A DNA stretch of 64,000 nucleotides, from sequence record NC_027402.1. One strand, written 5' to 3'. Shown here piece after piece: positions 26,525-37,575 of the stretch. Below the pieces are notes generated by a model that saw nothing but the letters and a program-made list of their open reading frames with translations, had not been told where the DNA came from and did not search any database. Made by a program: the position numbers and the translations under genes. How positions within the stretch are numbered: the stretch's first letter is position 1; each line of letters starts with the position of its first letter.

Positions 26525-28786
26525 TTAACGCGCTTGTGGTAGGAAAATGTTCGCGATTTGTCGGGCTGGTATGATATCTAAGGCGGCGTTGACGATGCTA
26601 CCCTGCGACCAAGCACTTGCCCAGTTCTGCGCCCAGATAGACGCATTGATTTTAGCCTGCGCGATGCCGTTGGTACGCTCGTAAAGTGTGGCAGCGCCCA
26701 ACACAGACATAAATTCACTGAACTTGTTATCATCATCAAACACACCAATATCAGTTACAATCGGCATGTACATAACACGCGACAGGTCACGAATAGTTAC
26801 CTGTATATCACACGACAACGGCAGACCGTCAGCACGCCAACCTAAACCACCTGTACCGAACTGGAGACTCAGGTTAGTTACCATGGCATTACGCATGGAA
26901 TAACGACCGCGAGAATAGCACTCCAGATAGAACGGGTGTGTAAACGATTGTTTACCGGTTGCTAACGGACAAACTGCCGCTAACCAGAACGACAACGGGA
27001 CAATCAGATCCTGAAACACATCTAAGTCATTACCCGACCAACAGCGAAGGGGAATACTTAGCGAGATATCGTCACCTGAGGTGTCTGAGGAGTCCCACAC
27101 TTCCGGGAAGTCAATCACCGACGAGTTGTACAGTGACATAATCCCTGATAAATGTAAGAAATCGAGTGCGCCTGTAAAGGCGGACTTCAGCCCAGTAATG
27201 AGACCATCGACTGCGTCGAAACCAGTCTTACCACCGGAGAGGTTTACTTCCAAAGAACGTGCTTTCTGCGTGGCGGAGTTAACCGTGCCAGAGATTTCAG
27301 GTTCTTTGGTGGTGTTGGAGAACGAACGCCCTACGGTATCGCGCCCATCAACACGCCAAGTAATCCATTGCGAACCGTTACGTATCTCCGAAGCGATGTT
27401 CGAAGTTAGCCCATCCATAGCGCCATCTAAAATATCGATATAGTCTTTAAAGACGCTACCGACAGATTCTTTCTGACCTTGGTCCATCCAGTTTTCAATT
27501 TTCCCAATGTCGAGATTGTTCTCATCCATCGAGTTTGCTTCAGTCTGACTTTTAGCAACCTGAGCCTGGTTCTTTTCAACCTGCGCCATGCGATCGGCAA
27601 GCTCTTTACGTTGCACGTCACCTTCGTTTTCGAAGTTTTCAGCTTTACCTCCTTGTGACTGAGCATCCTGAATGCTTCCATTCATCCCTGCTACCAGTTC
27701 GTCTTCTTTGTTGTCGACGTTTTCAAAACCAGCATCGTACCCTTTACCAGCTTTGGCTACGTATTCAAGGTTACGTAAAGAAACCTCGTACTGCGCAGCT
27801 TTTTCCAAATGGGTTGTTGAGTACGTCGCTTCCAGATAGAAGTTTCGCAAACGGCGAGCCATGTCCTCTTCGTTACTCGACTCTTTACGAATCTTATCGA
27901 TGGTTTTCGCCTGGTAGTTGGCCAAAGTTTGGTAGCGGTTAATCATTCGATAGATATCGAACTCACCATCAGCTGTCCAGATTTCTGGCAGCATGGAGTA
28001 CCACTCTTTACGGTCGCCGTTGTACTTATTAGCAGTACCGCCTTTCTCAGACCCATCTACAGCATTAGCAAGCTGGAAAGTCCCTAACACACCCGTTGGT
28101 ACTAATCGACGATAAACTAACTGGGTGTTGACCATATTCTGCACAGCGCGCAGATACAAGTGCATTGTCGGTTTCACGTAGTAGTAGCGAGAAGTCTGCT
28201 TGTTCAGCACCATCTTCAACATACGTGGCGTAATCAGAATAACCGCAAAGGCAACCGTACCTACTGCGGCCCATATTGCTGCGGCGGCAACATACGTCCC
28301 CATCGCACGTAACATACCTGGGTAATCACCTGTGCGTGCCAGATACGCTAGGTTGGAATCGTACATATTCGCGAAGAATGCAGCGACCCCGATATATCGA
28401 GGTTTACCGAAACGACAATGAAGATAAAAACTGTTTTGGTTAATAGCTTCGTAATAGAAAGTCCCTAGACGATAGGAACCACGTTGGTCTTGACCTTTAA
28501 CGTACTTTGAGTACGAACCACGACCTGCATCAGGTTGTGCAAAGGCACCTGTTGAACTCGGATCAGCAAACATCGTAAACTGCGGCGGCGCATTTAACGC
28601 TTGCGAACCACCCATCGTGGTATCTTCAAACGAGAGCATCGCGTTAGAGTAACGACGCAAACCCAGGAAACGCTCATCGCGTTGTGCGGTTGTACCGCCA
28701 AACAGGCCGGTTACCCATCCTGAATCTTTTAGTTGTCTTGCTTCCACGTAAAACCTCTCTGTAAGATGATTAGGGGGTGTTGCCAC
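26525..28786 (-). CDS. baseplate hub / tail-tube-initiator-like virion protein (phiKZ gp182-like)
   Basis: 753 aa, directly downstream of the tape-measure gene; C-terminal FPEVWDSS...PFYLECYS.G...N.MVT.LS...G..G motifs. Confidence 0.6.
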   Translation of the reverse strand: MATPPNHLTERFYVEARQLKDSGWVTGLFGGTTAQRDERFLGLRRYSNAMLSFEDTTMGGSQALNAPPQFTMFADPSSTGAFAQPDAGRGSYSKYVKGQDQRGSYRLGTFYYEAINQNSFYLHCRFGKPRYIGVAAFFANMYDSNLAYLARTGDYPGMLRAMGTYVAAAAIWAAVGTVAFAVILITPRMLKMVLNKQTSRYYYVKPTMHLYLRAVQNMVNTQLVYRRLVPTGVLGTFQLANAVDGSEKGGTANKYNGDRKEWYSMLPEIWTADGEFDIYRMINRYQTLANYQAKTIDKIRKESSNEEDMARRLRNFYLEATYSTTHLEKAAQYEVSLRNLEYVAKAGKGYDAGFENVDNKEDELVAGMNGSIQDAQSQGGKAENFENEGDVQRKELADRMAQVEKNQAQVAKSQTEANSMDENNLDIGKIENWMDQGQKESVGSVFKDYIDILDGAMDGLTSNIASEIRNGSQWITWRVDGRDTVGRSFSNTTKEPEISGTVNSATQKARSLEVNLSGGKTGFDAVDGLITGLKSAFTGALDFLHLSGIMSLYNSSVIDFPEVWDSSDTSGDDISLSIPLRCWSGNDLDVFQDLIVPLSFWLAAVCPLATGKQSFTHPFYLECYSRGRYSMRNAMVTNLSLQFGTGGLGWRADGLPLSCDIQVTIRDLSRVMYMPIVTDIGVFDDDNKFSEFMSVLGAATLYERTNGIAQAKINASIWAQNWASAWSQGSIVNAALDIIPARQIANIFLPQAR

Positions 28787-28795
28787 CCCCTACGA

Positions 28796-31700
28796 TTAGC
28801 TTGCTTTCCGACTTACGTTTAACGACGGTGTCGGTTGGGTTATTTCCTGCCTGCGTGCAGCTGAGCCCGGAGGAGGCACATTTGCCGCTTGCTGGATACT
28901 ACCACCACGCGTGTCGTTTGCTGCTCTCGGATTTGATTTCAAAATATCACGAATCTCTTTCAAGTAATCGCGAGACTGAATCAGTACCTTGAGCTGCTGA
29001 ACATCTATCGGGTCACCATTCAGCGTTGGCGTCGATGCTGTAGCATCAGAAGTTGGAGCGGCAACTGGACGAGCTGCTGCGTTAACCTGCGCTTCCGCGC
29101 CTGCTTTCACTTTAGCAACATCCGTTGCAGACAATCCTTCTGCTGCAGCTTGCGACGCTACGGTTTCGGCTGTTGTTGAGGCATCGGATGTTCCGGAACC
29201 ACCTGTAGTTGGTGTAGGTGCTGCTGGTCCTACATTACCTGCGGCGGTAGCCATTGCATCTTGTGCCGCCATGGCCCCTTTCTGCGTCAATGCGTCATCA
29301 CGACGATTAGCATTATCTGCCGGCAGGTTATCTGCTGGCGACAGACTCGGATCATTAGCGGCCGGTGCACCCATTGCTGCTGCCGGGTTGGTTGGTGAAT
29401 TAGGCGACAAGCCTGCAACCATATCCTTCGTCTTACTCGGATCGGCAGCGACTTCGTTGGCGGAAATTGCGCCCATGCGGCGGTTCAGTTCCTGAATAAC
29501 CCCGTCTACGCTACGTATACGACCGTTGCTGTAGAAGACGTTGGCATTCCCTCTCAGTATTGCAGATGTAATCCCAGGAGCACTTGATGCCGCCATATTC
29601 GGATTACGCTTCCATGCTTCCAAGAACTTCTTACCGCCGCCTGCACCCAAGAAGTGGTACAGATAAGCCACGGCTGGAGGTGGTGCTTTACCACCCAGGT
29701 CACGCTGTGCTTGTTGGATGTTGTCACGAATGAACTGTACACCCAATATAGCATTCGCCCACGGGTCCATTTGGTTAACGCGCGGAATACCAAACTTCCG
29801 CGAATACCCCTTCATCATCCCGTTCCACGTGCCGTCAACAAACTGGAACAACCCAGACGCCGAAGCATACGGGTTTTTAGCGGTGTAGTTAAATCCGGAC
29901 TCCGCTTTAGCCATTGCTAACGCCACTGCAGGTGGCACGCCCATCATGTTCGCCGCATCGGTAATCAATGCTTTGATATTCGGAACGTTCAACGCACCCT
30001 TTCTACCCAACATTTCTATCGGGTATTTTTCAGCCAGTGACTTATAATCACCGTCTTTCACATCACTCAGGTTAATCGAAGACGAACCAGTGGTCATTGC
30101 GGCGTAGTTCCGCACACCGCCAACCGCATCGACGACTTGACCCAAGTTACCCGGCACACCACCACTCGTACCCGACGGGATGTAGCCTGAGGCGCGAGCA
30201 CCGTCAGATGACAAAGAATCTCCCGAGCTGATGTTCGAGTCTTCTTCATCTTCGCCGGTAACTTCCAGAGAACTGCGGTTCTTGTTACGATCCTTCCAGC
30301 GTGCACGCTTGCCATTATTTTTAATGGCTTTAATCATGTTACGCACGGCAAGGTCAGCTTCTTTTGACAACAGCTTCAGCGTTTCCAGCTCGGCTTTGAT
30401 AGACGACGGATTAGTGTTAGCATCGCCCCCTAATGGGTTGATATTCACTTCCCACACCGACTGTCTTATACCGCCTTTCAAACTGTAGGCAGTTGACATC
30501 ATCAGACTGATTTCGTACAGGTAGCCGCCGGTCAGTTTCAAGTTCAGCGGATCGGCTGTTGGCAGGTAACGCTTCACCCCAACCAAATACGTCATGAATA
30601 CCGGTAAGAAACGGTCAAAGAACCACCGTTTCAAACGATCTTCTTTCGGTGTACCGATAGCGTCTGGAACCATCGAGGCGATTGCTTTCTTCCAATCTCC
30701 TTTGTAGCTTGCGGTTTTCACGTCAATGTCTTTGATGACGTTCTTCTCGAATACCGTAATCAACGTGCGGGTGGCGTTGTCGATGGTGGTAAAACCATAA
30801 GTCTTCCAACGTACCGACTCCATCGCATTCATGTCTTTCTGGTCGAGCACCGCATTCCAGTCTACCTGAATCTGAACCTGCTCTGTTCCGTCTTCCCAAC
30901 CCTCCACCTTCGCCAGATTTTTATTACGTTCGTTATCCAACTGTCCAAGTTTGTTGATAGCTTCATCAACGCCCGCGGACTTAATCCCCTCCACGGCCGG
31001 TGCCATTCCGTACTTACGTGCTTTCTTATCGTCCATTCTGAACTTGATTGCACGTTCGACTTCATTCTGCACTTCCATAACCTCTTCACCGCTCAAAAAC
31101 TCCTTCGGTGTAAAGGTTACGACGTCCCAGGCCTTCGAGAAGAAACCTTGGTTGACTTTGCGTGGGTCAGTTAACGAAGAGAACGCTTTTGCATCCTTAG
31201 TCATCTTCATTTTGTTGAAGAGTGTCTGCATGTCCTCTTTCGATACTTTCTTCGCATCGCCGACGTCAGCCAACTGGATACTATTCGGCATTGATTTCAG
31301 TGCCGTAATCCAACGGAGATAAATCGGAATGAAGCGCTGAAGCATAAACGCTTGGAAGGCCAACATCTCGCCTTTTTCCTCAACGTTGATACCGAACCCT
31401 TCAGCTAACTTCTGAACGTCTTTTCCACTTAGCCCACGGAGACTGGCTTGGCCATCTTCCGCGTAAGACACATACTCACGCAATGCGTCTTCTAAGTAAC
31501 GCGCTTTCGCCCCGTCGTCCGACGACCACTTATCGTAATCACGGAAACCGTACTGAGCTAAACGCATCTTATCCAGGTACTGGGTATAGGTAGTCGTTGC
31601 GATTTTGTACGCGGCGTAACCTGCCGCGGCGATCGCACCACCGATAAGAATTGCCGGCCAGCCCACTGCGGTCACGACGGCAGATGCCGCAGTTGCCACA

Positions 31701-34700
31701 GCGGACACCGCGGGTGCCGCCAAGCGGGTTACTGCGAACTTACCAACATTCCACGCAGCCTTCCCTAAAAGGCCTACGGGTTTTAACACACCCCATTTCG
31801 TGATAGAACCGAGTATATTACCCACAGTTCCCAAGATACTGACGATGGGACCGATGATAGGTAAGCCCTTCACCATATCCCACAGACCGCCAGATTTCCC
31901 TTTGGAGCCCTGCGCTTTCTCTTTCTTCTCCTTACGTTTCTCACGCCAACGTTTGAAGAAGTTAAAGTAGTCGCGTTTTTCATCACCTTCAGGCGGCTTG
32001 TTACGTTTACCGAACTTCGCAAACATGGTACGAATAATGCCATCGTCACCACCTGCACGGGATACTGATTCGCGCATGGTGTTAAACCACGACATCTCTT
32101 GCAAGCCAATCATTCGGTCCAAGCGTTCGAATAACCTTGCACCTGCAGACTTGGCAGCATTCTTCCCTTTGTTAATAACTCTCCCTGCTGCATCACGGGC
32201 GGTCTCAAGGTCTTCCTTCGCATCACCGTAGACTTTACGGCCAGAAAGGCCACCTTTCGCGTTCAAATGACTGCGATAAAACTCAGCAACATCATCATCA
32301 CGTCCAGCCAACCGACGTTCAACTTCGTAACGTGTAGCAATGTCGTGTCGTGCTCCACGATATCCATCGAGCATATCCCCAGCCCGGCCTCGGAAACCAC
32401 TGAACCAACCACGCAGGCGGTCACGTCCACGACCAAAGAACGCTTTTGTTCTTGACCAACGTCCACCAAAACGTTCAGACAACGACGATTTCGCACGATT
32501 ATACGCCCCGCGAACTGCACGGCCGATCGTACTACCACCGCCACCGACACCCTTCTCCATTTCTTCTGTCCAACTTTCGTCTTCCGGTTCGCCCGGTAAA
32601 CGTTGGTTCAACAGTTTATAGATACGGATAAGGATGTGGTTGGTTTTCTTGCCGGTTGATGAGAAGAGACTGAAACCACCACCCCCACCATCTTTACGGC
32701 CTTTCCACCAACGCGTCAGTGGGTTGTCGGTAATCATGTCTTTCAGACGGTCGACACCACGTTTCGCAAAACCGAGCACTTTACCCGGTAAGCTCGTTAC
32801 GCGGTTGAACGCTTTCTGGAGACGTGTCTTTTCTTCGCCTTCCGGAATCTCGTTCAGCCAGTCCTTAATCTTACCAACGATGCTGCCCGCTTTCGGTGAC
32901 AGGAAATCCAGGAACCGTTTCGGTAGCTTAGCCACCTTATTAAAGCCTAAGCCAATCTTACTGGCCAGACCTTGGGTCAGTGCTTGGATTTTCCCGCCTT
33001 TATAGTAGCGGAGTTTACCCGCAGCGGCTAAGTCAGCGGCTGCTAATACCAGATTACCTGCGGAGTCAACAATATCACTCCCCAGTTTGATGTCGTCCAG
33101 CGTTTTCAGCTGAACCATTTTACCATCAATGACCTGATAGTATTCTCCAGCTTCCAGACGTGCACCTTGCAGAACAACATTACCGTGGTCATCGTAAACG
33201 TCGCGGATACCCAGCAATCCTTTACCGAAAGAGCTTACCGCTTCAAAGCCCCCACGGACACTACCGCTGATAAGGCCACGCATCCGGGTTAAGAAACCAG
33301 GACCTTCTCCGCCGCCCATCCCCGCGATTTTACCGCGCGCCCAGCCACCGAACTGATTCAGTTTATTCCAGGCACCTTTAACACCACGTTTTGCAAAGCC
33401 ACCGATTCCTGCTGCAGTGTCGAACAACACACCGCCCCAACGACGAATAAGCCCATCCTCACCGATGATAATACGGCGGCGTTTACCGCCACCGCTACCA
33501 CCAGGACGAGGTGGTCCCATCTCTTCGTCACCAGAACCAGCACCCCCTGCTAACGAAGCCAGGAGAACCCCTTCTTCGTCCATACTTCTGACGTGTTCCA
33601 GAATTTTCTGGAGGGTGTCACTGTTGTTATTACCCCGAATCGCTTCGATGATGCCGTCAAAGTTATTCCGTGGTGCTTCTTCGCCACGGTTACGTTGACT
33701 CAACAATTCAACAAAGTTAGTCGAGGTTTCACCGTAGAGAACTGCGGCTAACTGCCGAGGCGACATTCCGCGGCCTTTACCACCGCCACGTAAAGCCGGC
33801 GGCAACGACGTGTCATCGACACCACCATTTGCCCCTTGGTTCATCCGGCGCAAGTAGTCGCCTAACGCTGAACCATTTTGCAGTTTACGTTGAATCTCCT
33901 GGTCACGAGTCAGTGCACGACCACTGCGTGTCTTACCCATCGCCAAGTCATTAAACAAGGTGTAGGGATCGGAGAGGTCTTTATCTACGCCGAAGGTGTC
34001 ACTCTTTGCGTCGTAGTTGAATATACCTGCATCACGCAGCGCACGTTCGCCGTAAATGTTCACCGCTTCGTCAATAACTGCCTGACGCTGGGTGATAGAC
34101 GATTGTACTGTGGAGATTTTACGAGCCAGTTCGTTACTTAATTCGTTACTACCACCGGTTAGGCTATCAGAATGCCCCTGTAAGGCTTCCTTAATGCGTT
34201 CTGCGGAGTTTCCTGGCATATACCGATGAAGATGCATCGGGTCTTTCAGAATCGCTTCTACGTCGAATGCGCGGCCCTGCGAGGCTCGCGACTCGATATA
34301 GTCGGCGAGATGCTGTCGATCCTTCTGCGAGAGCGTTTTGCCGCGGTCAACAAAATCCACAGTGCTGTTAATGGAATTTTGGAGACGCAGGCGTTGTTCA
34401 TCGTTTGCAACCGCCTTGCGTACACGGTTACCGACCACTTTGCGGTCTACGAATCCACGACTGGTGATGTCGTATTCCAGATCGGCGTGTTCGCCATAAC
34501 CCCGACGAACGGATTTGTTAATCTCTGCCAGCCAGGCAGGAATAACTTCAACCAGGCTAAGATACGCTTTACGGTCAAATTTCGCCGAACGGCTTAACGT
34601 TTCGCCATTACGTTCGTCAAGGAAGGCTTTCTCACGGTTTAACGGTTGGACAATACCGAGTTCATTCAATACCCGGAACAAATCCGCCAACGGCCCTTGC

Positions 34701-35914
34701 GTTTCGCCTGCGATGGCTGAGTTAGAGATAGAGGAAAGATTACCAAAGGTGAACGCGCCTTTCTGCAGGCGTTTCATGACCTCTGGATTTTTCTCCATCT
34801 CCTCGCGAGTCCATTTCTGGAGTTTCTCGATTTGTGGACCGAGTAGTTTCTTCGCAAGGAATCCACTACCCCACGCAGTTGCTTTATCGCGAGCATTTGT
34901 TTTGCGACGTTCAGCAGTCAACGAAGAGCTGTCGCTCATGCCGAAATCGTCTTCAACGCCCATGCCGAGAACAGATTCTAACAAACCGCGACCTTCGCCA
35001 AATATACCAGAAATTTTCTTCTTGGTATTTTCGCGAATCATGTCCATAAACCCGTCAGCATACCGCAACGGGTTCATCCATTCCGCAGCCTGGCGTTTAA
35101 CGTTCGCCCAACGGACTTCTGAGAAATCTTCCTTCGCGTAATCCGGCAATGCCGTGTTCTTCACGATGGCTTCTAAAGCAGGCGTATTACGATCGAACTC
35201 CGACTGCTTCATCTTCACGATGTCTTGGATGGCAAACAGGGTACGGTATTGCAGTTCGAGTTTCTTACGCTCGATGTTTAAGAATACCCCGCGGCTTAAC
35301 CCGGTTAGCAGGTTAATGTCTTTCGCCATCCCAATCATGGTTTGGTGCATTGCATCCGCACGCATCTCTTTGATGCTGTCGCGGAGCTTATCCTCTACCA
35401 TGCTGTCCTGCAGCTGACGTTGTTCTTCGGCGTCCTTTGGCACACCTGAGAAAACGTCGCCCAGTTCACGATCCATCAACGCCTGATTAGGATCGTAATT
35501 TTGGTAATCCAACTGGTCAGATTTTGACCACTTGTCGAAGCGCTTAGTAACTGCATCCGGCAAGTATTTCTTCATCGTCGGACCGAGTTGGCGTGCTTGC
35601 ATCTTCAGCGTGCGCTCGGTCTTCTCAAGCTCCCCTTTCGTATGGGCGTAAATGTCCTTTGCTGCAGCTGCCGCTGACTGATAGCCCTCGTATGCATCAG
35701 CTGCCGGCTTAGGCATCCCCTTGAGGATAACTTGGTCACGTTTCCCTTCTGGCCAGATAGTTGACAACGCCGACTTCCTGGCAACATTCAGGGTACTGAG
35801 TATCGGGCTTCGTTTTTTCTCGTCTTTGGGACGGGGTGGTTCACCGAAATCATCCCAGTCGTCGAGTCTATCTAAATCGATATCATCGAAACCGTCTTTG
35901 CCTCTTTTTGCCAT
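28796..35914 (-). CDS. tape-measure protein with lytic transglycosylase (SLT) domain (phiKZ gp181-like)
   Basis: 2372 aa, helical and G-rich. SLT motifs AKAESGFN...ASGLFQF...TW...DPWANAILG...AYLYHFLGAGG at about 29640-29960. Confidence 0.88.
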   Translation of the reverse strand: MAKRGKDGFDDIDLDRLDDWDDFGEPPRPKDEKKRSPILSTLNVARKSALSTIWPEGKRDQVILKGMPKPAADAYEGYQSAAAAAKDIYAHTKGELEKTERTLKMQARQLGPTMKKYLPDAVTKRFDKWSKSDQLDYQNYDPNQALMDRELGDVFSGVPKDAEEQRQLQDSMVEDKLRDSIKEMRADAMHQTMIGMAKDINLLTGLSRGVFLNIERKKLELQYRTLFAIQDIVKMKQSEFDRNTPALEAIVKNTALPDYAKEDFSEVRWANVKRQAAEWMNPLRYADGFMDMIRENTKKKISGIFGEGRGLLESVLGMGVEDDFGMSDSSSLTAERRKTNARDKATAWGSGFLAKKLLGPQIEKLQKWTREEMEKNPEVMKRLQKGAFTFGNLSSISNSAIAGETQGPLADLFRVLNELGIVQPLNREKAFLDERNGETLSRSAKFDRKAYLSLVEVIPAWLAEINKSVRRGYGEHADLEYDITSRGFVDRKVVGNRVRKAVANDEQRLRLQNSINSTVDFVDRGKTLSQKDRQHLADYIESRASQGRAFDVEAILKDPMHLHRYMPGNSAERIKEALQGHSDSLTGGSNELSNELARKISTVQSSITQRQAVIDEAVNIYGERALRDAGIFNYDAKSDTFGVDKDLSDPYTLFNDLAMGKTRSGRALTRDQEIQRKLQNGSALGDYLRRMNQGANGGVDDTSLPPALRGGGKGRGMSPRQLAAVLYGETSTNFVELLSQRNRGEEAPRNNFDGIIEAIRGNNNSDTLQKILEHVRSMDEEGVLLASLAGGAGSGDEEMGPPRPGGSGGGKRRRIIIGEDGLIRRWGGVLFDTAAGIGGFAKRGVKGAWNKLNQFGGWARGKIAGMGGGEGPGFLTRMRGLISGSVRGGFEAVSSFGKGLLGIRDVYDDHGNVVLQGARLEAGEYYQVIDGKMVQLKTLDDIKLGSDIVDSAGNLVLAAADLAAAGKLRYYKGGKIQALTQGLASKIGLGFNKVAKLPKRFLDFLSPKAGSIVGKIKDWLNEIPEGEEKTRLQKAFNRVTSLPGKVLGFAKRGVDRLKDMITDNPLTRWWKGRKDGGGGGFSLFSSTGKKTNHILIRIYKLLNQRLPGEPEDESWTEEMEKGVGGGGSTIGRAVRGAYNRAKSSLSERFGGRWSRTKAFFGRGRDRLRGWFSGFRGRAGDMLDGYRGARHDIATRYEVERRLAGRDDDVAEFYRSHLNAKGGLSGRKVYGDAKEDLETARDAAGRVINKGKNAAKSAGARLFERLDRMIGLQEMSWFNTMRESVSRAGGDDGIIRTMFAKFGKRNKPPEGDEKRDYFNFFKRWREKRKEKKEKAQGSKGKSGGLWDMVKGLPIIGPIVSILGTVGNILGSITKWGVLKPVGLLGKAAWNVGKFAVTRLAAPAVSAVATAASAVVTAVGWPAILIGGAIAAAGYAAYKIATTTYTQYLDKMRLAQYGFRDYDKWSSDDGAKARYLEDALREYVSYAEDGQASLRGLSGKDVQKLAEGFGINVEEKGEMLAFQAFMLQRFIPIYLRWITALKSMPNSIQLADVGDAKKVSKEDMQTLFNKMKMTKDAKAFSSLTDPRKVNQGFFSKAWDVVTFTPKEFLSGEEVMEVQNEVERAIKFRMDDKKARKYGMAPAVEGIKSAGVDEAINKLGQLDNERNKNLAKVEGWEDGTEQVQIQVDWNAVLDQKDMNAMESVRWKTYGFTTIDNATRTLITVFEKNVIKDIDVKTASYKGDWKKAIASMVPDAIGTPKEDRLKRWFFDRFLPVFMTYLVGVKRYLPTADPLNLKLTGGYLYEISLMMSTAYSLKGGIRQSVWEVNINPLGGDANTNPSSIKAELETLKLLSKEADLAVRNMIKAIKNNGKRARWKDRNKNRSSLEVTGEDEEDSNISSGDSLSSDGARASGYIPSGTSGGVPGNLGQVVDAVGGVRNYAAMTTGSSSINLSDVKDGDYKSLAEKYPIEMLGRKGALNVPNIKALITDAANMMGVPPAVALAMAKAESGFNYTAKNPYASASGLFQFVDGTWNGMMKGYSRKFGIPRVNQMDPWANAILGVQFIRDNIQQAQRDLGGKAPPPAVAYLYHFLGAGGGKKFLEAWKRNPNMAASSAPGITSAILRGNANVFYSNGRIRSVDGVIQELNRRMGAISANEVAADPSKTKDMVAGLSPNSPTNPAAAMGAPAANDPSLSPADNLPADNANRRDDALTQKGAMAAQDAMATAAGNVGPAAPTPTTGGSGTSDASTTAETVASQAAAEGLSATDVAKVKAGAEAQVNAAARPVAAPTSDATASTPTLNGDPIDVQQLKVLIQSRDYLKEIRDILKSNPRAANDTRGGSIQQAANVPPPGSAARRQEITQPTPSLNVSRKAS

Positions 35915-35943
35915 AATGTTTCTTCCAATTCAGGAGCTTAAAA

Positions 35944-37557
35944 GTGAGAAAGCTAAACTGGGTTGACTTTTACTTGTTAAACGTCAACAAGTCCCTGGTG
36001 TCGCATTTAAAACCAGTTACAACAACAGACACCTTTCAGGGACTGACGAAAAACTTTCACCCTGAAGGACTGTATTCAACCGAAATATTTGGCCTCACAG
36101 GGAGCGAGGCACGAGACTCAACGTTCTCGTACATTGATATCAAACTGGATATCATTTCGCCGACCGTTTGTTTGGCGTTGTTCCAGCTGAAACAGCTGTA
36201 CGAAGAAATCTGTTCCGGGAAGCGATTCGCTATCTGGAATGAGAAAGAAAAAGATTTCGAGCCGGCTCTGCCCAGTGATAAAGGTGCAGACACCGGCTTC
36301 AACTTCTTCCTACGCTACTACGAACAACTGACGCCAGGACGCAACGAATCAATGCGTCGCGACGAGACAGTCGATTTCTTCAATAAGTTCCGTCCGGTCA
36401 GTCTCAGCCGCTATGTGCTGGTTCTGCCTGCGGGATTACGTGATTTGGTCATTCGTCAGGATGGCCGCGACCAAGAAGAAGAGATTGGCGGACTCTACCG
36501 CCGTCTGATTTCTCTGGCACGTGCAATCCCCGACCGCAGTACGCGAACGGAACTGACTGACCCGGTTCGCTGGAAGCTCCAACAAACCTTTAATGACATC
36601 TGGATGTACTTTTTCAACATCCAAGACGGTAAAGGTGGTTTTGCACGTCGTAAAGTGACGTCACGTAAGTTAATGAACGGTACGCGTAACGTACTGTCTT
36701 CATTCTCAACCGGTTCCAAGGTCATGGGTCGCGAAGATGCGATTCGTCCAACGGATACCCGTATCGGTTTGTACCAAACCCTGAAGGCATTACTGCCTGT
36801 GGCGCAATACCACATCCGTGAACGTTACCTCAGTAACATCCGGGCAGGGGACGGCAACTTATACGGCGTTAACACCAAAACACTCAAGCGTGAGTTCCTG
36901 GAAGTCTCCGGGCGGGTGTATGACCTTTTCACTACCGACGATGGCATCGAAACACTCATCAACAGAATGGAAGCGCGCGAGCTTCGACATAAACCGCTGA
37001 TGATTGATCCGGACCATTACGTGGCATTAATCTACCAAGACAAACGCAGCTTCAAAATCTTTTACGATATTGAAGACCTGCCGGAAGGACGTGACCGTAA
37101 GCTTGTCCGCGGACTGAGCTTAGCAGAACTCCTCTATTTGTCAGGTTACGATATTTGGAATGACTACTTCTCGTTCATCACGCGTTATCCGGTTACGGGA
37201 CGCGGTTCGACTTACTCCTCGACCATAAGATTGGAGACCACCACCTCTTCCCTCTATTTGCATGAACTGGAAGACGATTGGGTCACGTTAAAAGAGAAGG
37301 GTGCAATTAGTTTCCCTGACCGTACCGTGAAAACCTTTGTGGAATCCATGGCACCACATCCATCCCGATTAGGTGGATTGGGTGGTGACTACGATGGTGA
37401 CACCGGCTCAGCAAACTGCCCGATGTCAACCGAAGCGCTCGAGGAAAATCGGAAGTGGGTCAGTTCGAAAAACTACTGGTTTGCAACAGACGGCAGTTTC
37501 AAAATCAATCCGGTTAACAACGTGATTAAAAGAACGACTGCTGCGCTGTTGAAATGA
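35944..37557 (+). CDS. virion RNA polymerase beta' subunit, N-terminal/catalytic fragment (phiKZ gp180-like)
   Basis: Catalytic LGGDYDGD (NADFDGD equivalent) at about 37378-37401; VLPAGLR and GKGGFAR motifs. GTG start after AGGAG. Confidence 0.88.
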   Translation: MRKLNWVDFYLLNVNKSLVSHLKPVTTTDTFQGLTKNFHPEGLYSTEIFGLTGSEARDSTFSYIDIKLDIISPTVCLALFQLKQLYEEICSGKRFAIWNEKEKDFEPALPSDKGADTGFNFFLRYYEQLTPGRNESMRRDETVDFFNKFRPVSLSRYVLVLPAGLRDLVIRQDGRDQEEEIGGLYRRLISLARAIPDRSTRTELTDPVRWKLQQTFNDIWMYFFNIQDGKGGFARRKVTSRKLMNGTRNVLSSFSTGSKVMGREDAIRPTDTRIGLYQTLKALLPVAQYHIRERYLSNIRAGDGNLYGVNTKTLKREFLEVSGRVYDLFTTDDGIETLINRMEARELRHKPLMIDPDHYVALIYQDKRSFKIFYDIEDLPEGRDRKLVRGLSLAELLYLSGYDIWNDYFSFITRYPVTGRGSTYSSTIRLETTTSSLYLHELEDDWVTLKEKGAISFPDRTVKTFVESMAPHPSRLGGLGGDYDGDTGSANCPMSTEALEENRKWVSSKNYWFATDGSFKINPVNNVIKRTTAALLK

Positions 37558-37575
37558 TACCCATAAGGCACATGT

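Noticed and set aside
34515-35141. 208-aa plus-strand ORF inside the tape-measure gene (and many similar S/R/P-rich ORFs from 29 to 35 kb)
   Set aside because: Antisense shadows with low-complexity S/R-rich translation.
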